Below are positions 17,000-26,431 of a stretch of DNA of 51,360 bases, one piece after another. The notes under the pieces were generated by a model. That model was not told the origin of the DNA. It was given only the letters and a program-made list of their open reading frames with translations, and did no database searches. Origin of the DNA: a virus (taxonomy: Duplodnaviria > Heunggongvirae > Uroviricota > Caudoviricetes); IMG/VR virus record IMGVR_UViG_3300032103_000073. One strand, given 5' to 3'. Numbering within the stretch: the stretch's first letter is position 1; each line of letters starts with the position of its first letter. Made by a program: the position numbers and the translations under genes.

Positions 17000-19407
17000 A
17001 ATACACTGAAATTTTAGAACAACTAATCAATGAAGTCAATATGAGTCCCGGCATATTGCGTAAACTAGCAGCAAATATAGATGCTCGAGCTGGTATGGAA
17101 TTTGAAATGATCGTTCCTGAAATCGGAGATATGGACGGATCGGATTACTTCGAAAGCGAACCTGATTACGATCAAGACGAAAGTATAGGAGACTTTGATG
17201 ACATTAGAAGGTTTTTCCATGACGGAGATCATAACAGTCGTCAAGCAGTTGCTAGTCTTATGGATGAGATCATGGAAGCGTATTATGACAGTGACTTTTT
17301 AAGCGAAAAGAAACGAGAAGAATGGGCGGATGCATCATACGATATTATTAAAGAACTAGTTGATAGAGATTATAGCGATGCACTGTATGATCAAGCTGTA
17401 GAAGAAATAGAAAAAGCTAATCCAGAATTTGGTGTAGGCACAGAAGAGTTTAGGAAATCAGTTGATCAATTACACAGTGAAAAAATTAAAGAAAAAGTTG
17501 ATGAAATTTTAGCAGACATGGGCAGCGACTATGACGAAGCCTACGATGAATGGGAAAATAACGACTGGCAAAATATAATGTCCGACACTGATACGCAAAG
17601 TGAATGGCTAGAATTTGAAGGTCATACTGCCATGAGTGATATTTCCAGAAACTATGATATTGAATGGCCCTACTGGACTGAATATGATGGCAGCGGCGGC
17701 GGTGAAGAAAATGCAGAGCGTATTGCTGACGACTTTAGCAATCACATGGGCAAGCGAGTAAATTTTAGCACTAGTTATCACGGAGCACGACGAGAGCCTA
17801 ACGCTTATGTAGTTGAACCCGACGGCAGTTTAGAAGGCGATGAGCCCGGCGATGCAGGACTAGAGTTTGTTAGCCCGCCGATGCCTATCAACGAACTACT
17901 TGCAGATCTAGCATCTGTAAAAGAATGGGCCGATAAAAATGGCTGCTATACCAATGACAGCACAGGCTTGCACATCAACGTTAGTGTTCCTGACTTTAGT
18001 ATGGAAAAACTAGACTATGTTAAGTTAGCAGTATTATTAGGCGATGAAAGAGTGTTAAACGAATTTGGCCGTATGGGTAATACCTACGCTAAAAGTGCTT
18101 TACAAATTGTCAAGCAAAACATTAAACAACGCCCAGAAGATGCAGCAGCATTGCTAAACAAAATGAAAGAACATTTAAGCACCGCAGCAGCAAAAGTTAT
18201 ACACAGCGGCACAACTAGCAAGTTTACAAGTATCAATACTAAAAGCGGTTATATAGAATTCCGCAGTCCGGGCGGCGATTGGTTAAATGCTAACTTTAGC
18301 CTAATTGAACCAACACTGCTACGTTTTGTTGTTGCACTAGATGCAGCATTAGACGAAACAAAATACAAACAAGAATATGCTAAGAAATTGTACAAGTTAT
18401 TAGCACCTAGTAGCAATGAGCCCGGCATCGTAGAATTATTTGCAAATTTTAGTGCTGGTGAGTTAGATAAGGAAGCATTAATTAGACAAGTTCGTGCTGC
18501 ACAATTAAGTCGAGATATTTCAAAAGGTAAAAATCCACTAGGTAAGAAATATTGGTGGAACGTAGAATGGAGTAACGGTCGCCGCATGGAAGTTGTTGCG
18601 CCAAACGAAAAAGTAGCCAAAGACGTTGCAGCCGAAGAATGGGGCGTACATCATGAAAGCGAAGCAGCATTGAGCTTTAAAGCTAGTGTCTTACGTCCTT
18701 ATGAAGAAACTCCTACAACTGCAACTCCTGCACAACAGACAGCACCGGCAGCACCACAAAGTTCTGTAAATACCCCGCCTGCAAGCGGAGAAGGTATGTC
18801 AGGCAACTGGGGTCTGTGGCTAACCAATGCTGAACGATTTGCAAAATGGGGCGGAACAGAAGATTTAAGAAGATTTACAACTCGAGCAGCAGCAGAACAA
18901 TACTTGGCAGATTTGCGTCAGTCTAATCCTACGGTACGAAGCGATATCGAAATTCGTGAGATTGAACCTACACAAGCCGACCAGTTTCAAGAACCTAATG
19001 CTAATCGCGGTGATTTAACACCACGCGGCCCGGGCCCATGGGAAATTTACAGAATAAGCGATGGAAGCCGTGTTCGAGTCCTAGACCATACCAATCGCAT
19101 GGCAGCAGAGCAAGAAGCACGCACCGCACTAGGCTTGCGTGCAGAAGCACCTGAACTATACGGTGTTAGAACTCGCCAACAAGCTGATACTGCTCTTGCA
19201 CGTACAGCAACAGTTCCTGGACAAGCACAACAACGTTTTACAGGATACTGGGACGTTAAGATCGGCGATGAAGTTGTATTTAGAGTACAAGCAGAAACTC
19301 AAGGCGAAGCAAACCAAAAAGCTCGTGCTTGGATATTACAACGTAGTCCGGAATTTATTAGACAACACGAAGGCGGTGAAGTTACAGTGACACCGAGATA
19401 CGAATAA
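16996..19407 (+). CDS. putative amidoligase (COOH-NH2 ligase type 2) with acidic insert and C-terminal repeats
   Basis: GMEFE, EPDGSL, LEFVSPP, TNDSTGLHINV, KFTSIN and IEFR motifs. Confidence 0.75.
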   Translation: MKYTEILEQLINEVNMSPGILRKLAANIDARAGMEFEMIVPEIGDMDGSDYFESEPDYDQDESIGDFDDIRRFFHDGDHNSRQAVASLMDEIMEAYYDSDFLSEKKREEWADASYDIIKELVDRDYSDALYDQAVEEIEKANPEFGVGTEEFRKSVDQLHSEKIKEKVDEILADMGSDYDEAYDEWENNDWQNIMSDTDTQSEWLEFEGHTAMSDISRNYDIEWPYWTEYDGSGGGEENAERIADDFSNHMGKRVNFSTSYHGARREPNAYVVEPDGSLEGDEPGDAGLEFVSPPMPINELLADLASVKEWADKNGCYTNDSTGLHINVSVPDFSMEKLDYVKLAVLLGDERVLNEFGRMGNTYAKSALQIVKQNIKQRPEDAAALLNKMKEHLSTAAAKVIHSGTTSKFTSINTKSGYIEFRSPGGDWLNANFSLIEPTLLRFVVALDAALDETKYKQEYAKKLYKLLAPSSNEPGIVELFANFSAGELDKEALIRQVRAAQLSRDISKGKNPLGKKYWWNVEWSNGRRMEVVAPNEKVAKDVAAEEWGVHHESEAALSFKASVLRPYEETPTTATPAQQTAPAAPQSSVNTPPASGEGMSGNWGLWLTNAERFAKWGGTEDLRRFTTRAAAEQYLADLRQSNPTVRSDIEIREIEPTQADQFQEPNANRGDLTPRGPGPWEIYRISDGSRVRVLDHTNRMAAEQEARTALGLRAEAPELYGVRTRQQADTALARTATVPGQAQQRFTGYWDVKIGDEVVFRVQAETQGEANQKARAWILQRSPEFIRQHEGGEVTVTPRYE

Positions 19408-20090
19408 TGCGAGTTGATGATATCGTTTCTACTGAACTAGACGAAGGATGGAAGGATTGGGTAGCTGGTGCCGCTATGGGTGCAGCAGCCCTTTCTGCAC
19501 AACCAGCACAAGCTAAACAGTTACCGTCGACACCTCCTGCTGCAACAGCACAAGCATTAAGTTATGACCAAACAACACAACTAGTTTTAAAACCAGCCGC
19601 CAAAATACTAATACAAACTGCTCAAGCGGCAGGTATAAAAGGAAACGAGCTAGCACAGCTAGTAGCTCAGTGTGCTCATGAAACCGCTAACTTTACACGT
19701 CTAACAGAATTCGGCGGTCGGTTAGATTTTAGAAAATACGATCCAAAACACAATCCACGCAAGGCAAAGATGCTAGGTAATAAACAGGCGGGCGACGGGG
19801 AGCGTTATAAAGGGCGAGGTTATATACAACTAACTGGCAGAGACAATTATAAACGTGCAGGACAAGCACTAGGATTGCCATTAGAACAACGCCCTGAACT
19901 AGTCGAGCGTCCTGACGTAGCTGCTAAAGTAGCAGTTTGGTTTTGGCAACAGCAAGTTGCTCCTCGTGTAAATAACTTTAATGATACTGCACAAGTAACT
20001 AAACCAATCAACAGCGGCTTAAAAGGTTTAGAAGATAGACACAGCAAGTTTGCAGGTATAATGAACTTAATCAAAGGTAAGAAATCATGA
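19407..20090 (+). CDS. glycoside hydrolase family 19 (chitinase/lysozyme-type) peptidoglycan hydrolase
   Basis: AQCAHET, GDGERYKGRGYIQLTGRDNY and INSGLKGLEDR motifs. Confidence 0.9.
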   Translation: MRVDDIVSTELDEGWKDWVAGAAMGAAALSAQPAQAKQLPSTPPAATAQALSYDQTTQLVLKPAAKILIQTAQAAGIKGNELAQLVAQCAHETANFTRLTEFGGRLDFRKYDPKHNPRKAKMLGNKQAGDGERYKGRGYIQLTGRDNYKRAGQALGLPLEQRPELVERPDVAAKVAVWFWQQQVAPRVNNFNDTAQVTKPINSGLKGLEDRHSKFAGIMNLIKGKKS

Positions 20091-20287
20091 GAATAAATGA
20101 ACTAACGGAAAGCATGGATGACGGTCGTGCATTTATTAAACAGACTAGACGTAATCGTGCTGATGGCAGCATGGAAGTTCGTTATCATGTGCTAGATGGT
20201 GATGGCGTTACTAGAAAAATATTCGATGACAGTAAAGCCGCACGAGCATGGTTAAGTGCTAACAGGGATATTTTAGACAAAGACTAA
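20087..20287 (+). CDS. small hypothetical protein with capsid-targeting-like leader
   Basis: MRINELTES start. Confidence 0.65.
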   Translation: MRINELTESMDDGRAFIKQTRRNRADGSMEVRYHVLDGDGVTRKIFDDSKAARAWLSANRDILDKD

Positions 20288-20302
20288 AATAAATAATATA
20301 TT

Positions 20303-21661
20303 ATGAAACTATTAGAACTTAAACAAGCTATTTTAAATGAAAAGGGACTAGATGCTGCTGGCATTTTAGATCGGACCGGACGAAAAGAAACTTTCTTAAA
20401 TAAAATTCGAACAGGTAGCCCTTTTGAAACAACAACCGGCGACACTGTAGAAATAGACCCAGACGAAGCAGATAGATTAGAACAACTAATGGATGCTGGA
20501 AAGTTTTCCGGAAGAATAGTTTTAGCACTCACAGATGGTGGTAAAATATCATTAGGTAGCTTACAAAAAACTCCAGAATTTAAAGATGAAAAAGGCGGCG
20601 ACGGTAGCAACAAGATTTCTAATAGAGGTGATGTTGCAGAAGGTATTTTAGCAGCAGCTATGTTTGCTAAACTTAAGGCTCGCGTTAATAAAAACATTGC
20701 AGAAATTACAGTACAAGACATTTGGTCGGTAGTTGATTCTTTAACACAAACAAGTGCAGATACTTATTCTGTAAGCGTTAAAGATGGTCGTTCTATGGTT
20801 AACGACAAAATTGTTTTTACACTAGTCCTTCCTCCAGAGCCATATCAAGACTTTATCAATCCAGCTAAACGTGCTCTTTTAACTAACGAAGCAGATAGTG
20901 CTGCAAGTTTTGCCAACAGCGATGATAACGTTGAATTTAGTAAGTATTACTATCTAAACGGTCGTCCTGATATTATTAATATTATATGCGATGGTGGCAA
21001 CCCAGAAAAGCAAAAAATTAGTAAAGTAGATATTGAAGTTGTAGTAACTGACAAGCTAACAGGCAAAGTTGACCGCAAACGTTTAGACATTAGCTTAAAA
21101 GCAGATGCTGCACAGTTTGGGCAAGTGGGTATGGGCAGCGATAGACTATACGACTTCTTTGAAAAGCAAACAGAGTTATGGGGAAAGTTTGGGGTAGATA
21201 TTAAAGGAACAGAACCTGAATTTGATGCAATCTTTAAGAAGAAAGGTCTAATCCCAGCAGTACAATACATATACGAGTTTGCTGCGGATGTTATGGCAAC
21301 ATTATTGTCTTATAACAATGACGAAGACGAGTATATGTTTATTACAGACTTAGCTAAAGGTATTAACTATTTTGCAACACTAAACAATCCAAATGTCCTT
21401 TTAATTGACTTTGTTAGCGGTGGTTACAAAATGATGAAGTTTGACGATATGGAATCAAAGTTAGCCGCTGTTAAGTTAAACGCAGCGTACAATAGAAAAG
21501 TTGGCTTACCTCAAGTTGACGTATATGATGAACTAACAGGTAAGTTATTTTTAAAGTTTAGAGTTAAAGTGACAAAGAGCGGGGAACGAAGAAACTACGT
21601 TGAAAAAGGTCCTTTAATGGTTGAATTACTTGGTACTAAAGTAAAACGTCTTAAAAAATAA
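20303..21661 (+). CDS. hypothetical protein, possible PD-(D/E)xK nuclease fold
   Basis: GDVAEG...KVDI...ISLK pattern; MKLLELK leader; TAAATA at 20290. Confidence 0.55.
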   Translation: MKLLELKQAILNEKGLDAAGILDRTGRKETFLNKIRTGSPFETTTGDTVEIDPDEADRLEQLMDAGKFSGRIVLALTDGGKISLGSLQKTPEFKDEKGGDGSNKISNRGDVAEGILAAAMFAKLKARVNKNIAEITVQDIWSVVDSLTQTSADTYSVSVKDGRSMVNDKIVFTLVLPPEPYQDFINPAKRALLTNEADSAASFANSDDNVEFSKYYYLNGRPDIINIICDGGNPEKQKISKVDIEVVVTDKLTGKVDRKRLDISLKADAAQFGQVGMGSDRLYDFFEKQTELWGKFGVDIKGTEPEFDAIFKKKGLIPAVQYIYEFAADVMATLLSYNNDEDEYMFITDLAKGINYFATLNNPNVLLIDFVSGGYKMMKFDDMESKLAAVKLNAAYNRKVGLPQVDVYDELTGKLFLKFRVKVTKSGERRNYVEKGPLMVELLGTKVKRLKK

Positions 21662-21688
21662 TTCGACACAAATTGACTAAATAACATT

Positions 21689-21883
21689 ATGAAGATTAAA
21701 GAACTCATCGAAGACGCAGGCGGTATAGGAGCAGGCAGTTTTGCTAGTGTTTCTATGCCTATGATGCGTATGCATCGCAGACGTAAAGCTCGTGGCATGC
21801 GTAAAGAGTCCGGCCAAGAAATTGCAAGCCGTAGATCTTATGCTAATATAGCAGAAGAAAAGGACACTAAGAAAAATGGATAA
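21689..21883 (+). CDS. small basic hypothetical protein with capsid-targeting-like leader
   Basis: MKIKELIED start; TAAATA at 21678. Confidence 0.6.
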   Translation: MKIKELIEDAGGIGAGSFASVSMPMMRMHRRRKARGMRKESGQEIASRRSYANIAEEKDTKKNG

Positions 21884-23213
21884 ACAAAAACTAAAAGAGT
21901 TTATTAGTAAATTATTAGCTGTAGATGTTAGCAGTCTAAATGAGCAACAATTAGCTGAACACATGGCTATGGTTAAACAAGCTCGTAGTTTAGCGGAAGG
22001 TTATACTGTTACACGCGGTATTGATAAAGAACGTTATCAAGAACGTCAAGGTTTAGAAGGTCCTTTTAGTACTAAAAGCGGCAAAGTTGTTTATTATGAT
22101 AAGGTAGAAGGAAAGTATTACGACCCCGATACTGATATGTATATCGAATACGAAGACTGGCAAGCAATGAACGAAGGCAATTTAGAGCGTAAAGAGTTAG
22201 GCAACGGTCGCACACAATATATTCGCAAATCTAGCTCTTATACTGATGACGGCGGAAGCAGTATTCCTAGTTATTCTGTTAATGCACCAAAAAGAGGTGT
22301 CGAAGACGATAATGAACGTGAATTTAATTTCCGTGATGATGACGATTTAGATGAAGCACAAGAAGACACTTTTGTCTCTGCTCTTAAAGGCTTAAAGACC
22401 TGGCAGGTAGTTATTTTTAACAACTACTATGCAGGCAAGTATAGTGATTACCGTGGCAAATATTACACTGTACTAGCATCAAGTGCAGAAGAAGCCCGTC
22501 AAGTCGTGTTAGACAATGCAGATGCTATCCTACAAGATTTACTTGCATTGAAGGACCGCAATGGTCGGAAGACACTACCACGTAGTAGCGCGGTTCGTAT
22601 TACCCCTGACCGTATTGGTAAGATTGAAGATGGTACAGTTACTAGCCGTATAAGCACCGCCGGCTACAAAAAGTTGTATAGTCCACAAGGCGTTATGATG
22701 GTTAAACTATCTAACGGTGCTATTGTTGATGTACAAGGTCAAGAACAAGGTGTGGCGGAAGGCTCCATTAGTGATAAGATCAAAGGTGCCGCGAAGTCTG
22801 TTAAACGTGCTACACAAGGTTGGGGGATAGGTGCTGCGCCTGATATGGTTACGCCGGCAGGCGCAGTGTCTGCGTTTAAGAATATGGACGGACAACGCCT
22901 TGCGAATTTTGTCGCATCAAGAAAAGACCAATCAAAGCCAAGAAAAAATTCAGCGAGAGCATTTGTTGATAAAGTAATCGACCGTGAAATGAAACAGCGC
23001 GGCTATGGCCGAGTAGCAAATAAAGACGAGCAAGGTGTAGTGGAAGGCTACGATGACGAAGAACATCCGATTCGTGACGACGGTAATGAAGGTCGTCCTG
23101 GCCGACAACGCTATCCGGGCAAGTTAAAGACAAAAGGTGTGAACGAAGAAATAAGTACAGAAGCGTACAACAGATTAAAAAGAGTTTTTGATTTCAGCGA
23201 TTATAAAGGTTAA
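21876..23213 (+). CDS. modular putative internal virion protein with GVAE/GVVE/GVNE junctions
   Basis: QGVAEG at nt 22749, QGVVEG at 23034 and KGVNEE near the end; modules also bounded by LAEG, MNEG and LDEA. Confidence 0.7.
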   Translation: MDKQKLKEFISKLLAVDVSSLNEQQLAEHMAMVKQARSLAEGYTVTRGIDKERYQERQGLEGPFSTKSGKVVYYDKVEGKYYDPDTDMYIEYEDWQAMNEGNLERKELGNGRTQYIRKSSSYTDDGGSSIPSYSVNAPKRGVEDDNEREFNFRDDDDLDEAQEDTFVSALKGLKTWQVVIFNNYYAGKYSDYRGKYYTVLASSAEEARQVVLDNADAILQDLLALKDRNGRKTLPRSSAVRITPDRIGKIEDGTVTSRISTAGYKKLYSPQGVMMVKLSNGAIVDVQGQEQGVAEGSISDKIKGAAKSVKRATQGWGIGAAPDMVTPAGAVSAFKNMDGQRLANFVASRKDQSKPRKNSARAFVDKVIDREMKQRGYGRVANKDEQGVVEGYDDEEHPIRDDGNEGRPGRQRYPGKLKTKGVNEEISTEAYNRLKRVFDFSDYKG

Positions 23214-26200
23214 ACAATATGAAACTATTTGAACTATACGAAAGCCCAGTTATTGCTGGAGCAAACAACTTAAAAGCTATTGCAAACGCTGCAACAAGCG
23301 GAAGTAATGCAACTATTACACTAGGCGGTGAACCCGTTACACTAGAGCACCCAGAAGCTCGTTATGTATATGGCTTATACAAGAAAGCCTTGCAAAATGG
23401 ACAACAAGAGCAGTTTATGCAAATGTTATCTAATCCTGCAACTTTTGATAACATCATGAAGCCAATGCGTAATATGTTATATAGAGATCGCAGCGGTGAA
23501 ATGGCACAGGCAGCAGCACAGCGTATCGGAACAATCTCGCAGCACGGTATGCAAGAAGATGCGCCAGCAGTTGGACTACCAGATAATACTAATACGCTAA
23601 AACATATCGTACAGCGTTTCCCTAAAGAAGTTAAAGACTTTGTAGCCGGCGAAGAATTGGATACAGATTTGTATCACACATTATTTGACTACTACTCTAT
23701 GCACGGTGAAATGCCATACGGAACAGTTAAAGCTCGCGATGGTGATCCGTTTGAATGGGTAACACAACGATTCGACCGTGACGTACATGATTATATTACT
23801 GAAGCTAAACGTGCATATAAACGCCTAATTACAGAAGGCAAGAAAGCGGTTGTTGCTGAGCGTTACGACGACGAAGATGACGATTGGTATGGCTTTAACG
23901 ACAAATCTCATAAAACTGGTATGGGTACTACTGTTACTAAAACTAGCAGCGGCGTTGTCCATAAAGGCAAGTATGGTAGTGAGTTCCAAGGTGATGACGG
24001 AGATGAAGACGATTTTGACTCTTGGGGTAACAAAAAGCCCGCAGCTAAAAAACGTGATGCCGAAGCTAAAGCAGCAGCAAAACTAAATCCAGAAACACCT
24101 CGCCGTGGTCGCGGTCGTCCTAGTGCAGCAGTACAATCTTCTGATAGCGGTACTAGTGTAAATGATTATGCTGCATGGTATAGAAAAGTTAAGCGTAGCC
24201 ATGAAGGTGCAAAAGTTGTTGGTAGCAGAGAAAATGCTGTAGCAGTTGTACAAAAAGGCAACAAATTCTACGTAGCAGGAGAATGGGGCGGAACTAAAGG
24301 TGACATTGCATCTAAGTTAGCAAAAACTATTAGTTCGTCAAACTTAACAGGCTATAAGAGTGCAAGAGGACGTCCAAAGAAAGTTCGCGAGTTTATCGAA
24401 AATCTACGTCATGTTGTAGAAGCTAAGAACCATATAGGCGAAACAGAATACAACACTTATAGCGGTTGGCGTGCAGCTTGCAAACGTGCAGGCGCTACTG
24501 AATTTGATGGTGATCGTGATATTTGCCAAGCTATGGCCAACGGTAAAGGCATCGGCGAATGGGACGGAGCAACAGGTTCTGTCTATGATGATGCACACAA
24601 AAAGGCAGCAAAATGAGATTAGAAGACTTAGGCAACGATAAAAAGTTAGATGAAGTTAGCTTAGGCGACTATAGAACAAAAGCCGCCAAACAAAAAGCAC
24701 TTAGCCAAATGGGTGCTATGTTTGGTCGCGATGCAGAACAAAAAGCCAAAGACTTAGACACTTATCGTCGTAGAGAAGCAGGACTTAACCGTGTTAAGAA
24801 TCGCGACGAAGCTGCTCGGCAAGCTGCTCAGAAAAAACAAATGGATGATAATATCGCTCGTTTGCCTGAACTACGTGCTGAGTATGAAGACATGAAAAAG
24901 AAATATAAGAGTCTAGGTGGTAGCAATTGGCAGTATGCAGATAGAGAACAGAACCTAACAGACTACGAACGTAAAGCTCGTGATATGGAAGGACCTATGA
25001 ATAATCTATGGCGTACTATACAAGCCGCTGAACGAGCACAACGAGAGCAGGGCGTAAATGAAATGGATAGTCAAGGTTATCGTGGCAGTCGATATGACGA
25101 TGAAGCTAATCAAGGCGAAGAGGGTATCGGTCAAGTAGCCAAGCCGGCTGATGTTGTTAAGCACGGTGCCGATATTCTTAATCGAGCAATGGATAAGTCT
25201 CGTCAGGTGCAGGATCGTAAAACAGGTAAGTGGTATGATCCTGACGAAGAGTTTGACAAGCTAAAGAACAGTCCAGACTTTATGGGCGTTATGAAGCGCG
25301 TGTCTACTAGAGAGGGTGCAGAGGCTGAAAAGAATCCTCACACTAGTGCATTAGGTAAGGCATTATATCGTGATCTAAGCAAAGAAAAGAAAGCAAGCCC
25401 TGCACAACAACAGCGCAACGCATTGCGTTGGGCCCAGCGCCAGAAAGCAAAAGCAGAGCAACCACCAACAAAAGGTATGAGCAATGCTGAGAAAGTAGAC
25501 AAAGGTTGGCGCAATCCTAACTTAAAAGAGTCTAATACCATCGATTTTATCAGAGGCTTGATTAGCGAGTTCAACACTCAAATGAGCGGTAGCCCATACT
25601 ATCCAATGGATTACAAGAATCCAGGTATGAGAATGTGGACTCGCGGTGATGGCTCACGTTACAAAGATCCTGGTTATATTTTTATCGAGCGTGATTTGAA
25701 GCCAGAAGATCAACCTAAATGGCACAAGGCCAAAGCTGTAGAAAAGTTTTGGAAATTCTTAGAGTCTAAGGGTGCTCGTAAGATCGGAGATGTTTCCGGT
25801 GAGTTTGGTTCAGACCCACATAGCCCTGCTGTTGTATTAAACAAGCAAGTGTTTGTGTTCAACGGTCGTAGTATTGCCTGGGGCTCAACAGGCAGACTAA
25901 AGAACTCTAGCGTATGGCGTCAGAAGCAACAAGGTGTGGCGGAAGAAGCAAACACATCCCACCAGCATCATGTTGTATCAAAATTAGATGGTAATGTCTT
26001 GGCTTCGTATAAAACAAAACAAGAGGCACATAAAAATGCTCATGGCAATCCAGTTGTTTCAGGTTCTCTAGAAACTATTGGTGATAAACAGTATGTCAAA
26101 GAGCAAGGTGTGGCCGAAGGCTCAGAAGAAAGAAGTCAGAATCGCTTATGGCAAATGATTACTGATTACGAACAAAGAGCAAAAGCAACCAAGAATGATA

Positions 26201-26431
26201 TAAAGAAGGCCCACTACATAAAGATGGCAAGTGAGTTGCGAGGCAAGCTAAAGACAAGCGACGAGCAAGATGTTAGAGATGCGTTAGATAACGGTGACGA
26301 TTACACAGCAAAACAATATGCTAAAATGGCACCGACGCCAGACGCCAAAAAGTATCTACTAAACATCATCAAGCAAGCAATGTATATTGATGATTTAGGT
26401 GGCGAAACTGATTGGAAAGGTGTAGCGGAAG
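22746..26431 (+). repeat. dispersed GGTGTGGCGGAAG-family repeats (5 copies)
   Basis: Exact copies at 22749 and 25933; variants at 23034, 26107 and 26419; all in frame. Confidence 0.85.
23219..24616 (+). CDS. modular putative internal virion protein with AT-hook-like motifs
   Basis: MKLFELYES leader; PRRGRGRPS and RGRPKK. Confidence 0.65.
   Translation: MKLFELYESPVIAGANNLKAIANAATSGSNATITLGGEPVTLEHPEARYVYGLYKKALQNGQQEQFMQMLSNPATFDNIMKPMRNMLYRDRSGEMAQAAAQRIGTISQHGMQEDAPAVGLPDNTNTLKHIVQRFPKEVKDFVAGEELDTDLYHTLFDYYSMHGEMPYGTVKARDGDPFEWVTQRFDRDVHDYITEAKRAYKRLITEGKKAVVAERYDDEDDDWYGFNDKSHKTGMGTTVTKTSSGVVHKGKYGSEFQGDDGDEDDFDSWGNKKPAAKKRDAEAKAAAKLNPETPRRGRGRPSAAVQSSDSGTSVNDYAAWYRKVKRSHEGAKVVGSRENAVAVVQKGNKFYVAGEWGGTKGDIASKLAKTISSSNLTGYKSARGRPKKVREFIENLRHVVEAKNHIGETEYNTYSGWRAACKRAGATEFDGDRDICQAMANGKGIGEWDGATGSVYDDAHKKAAK

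Noticed and set aside
22749-22763. GGTGTGGCGG as a Chi site
   Set aside because: It does not match E. coli Chi (GCTGGTGG), and its fixed reading frame and confinement to three genes are not Chi-like
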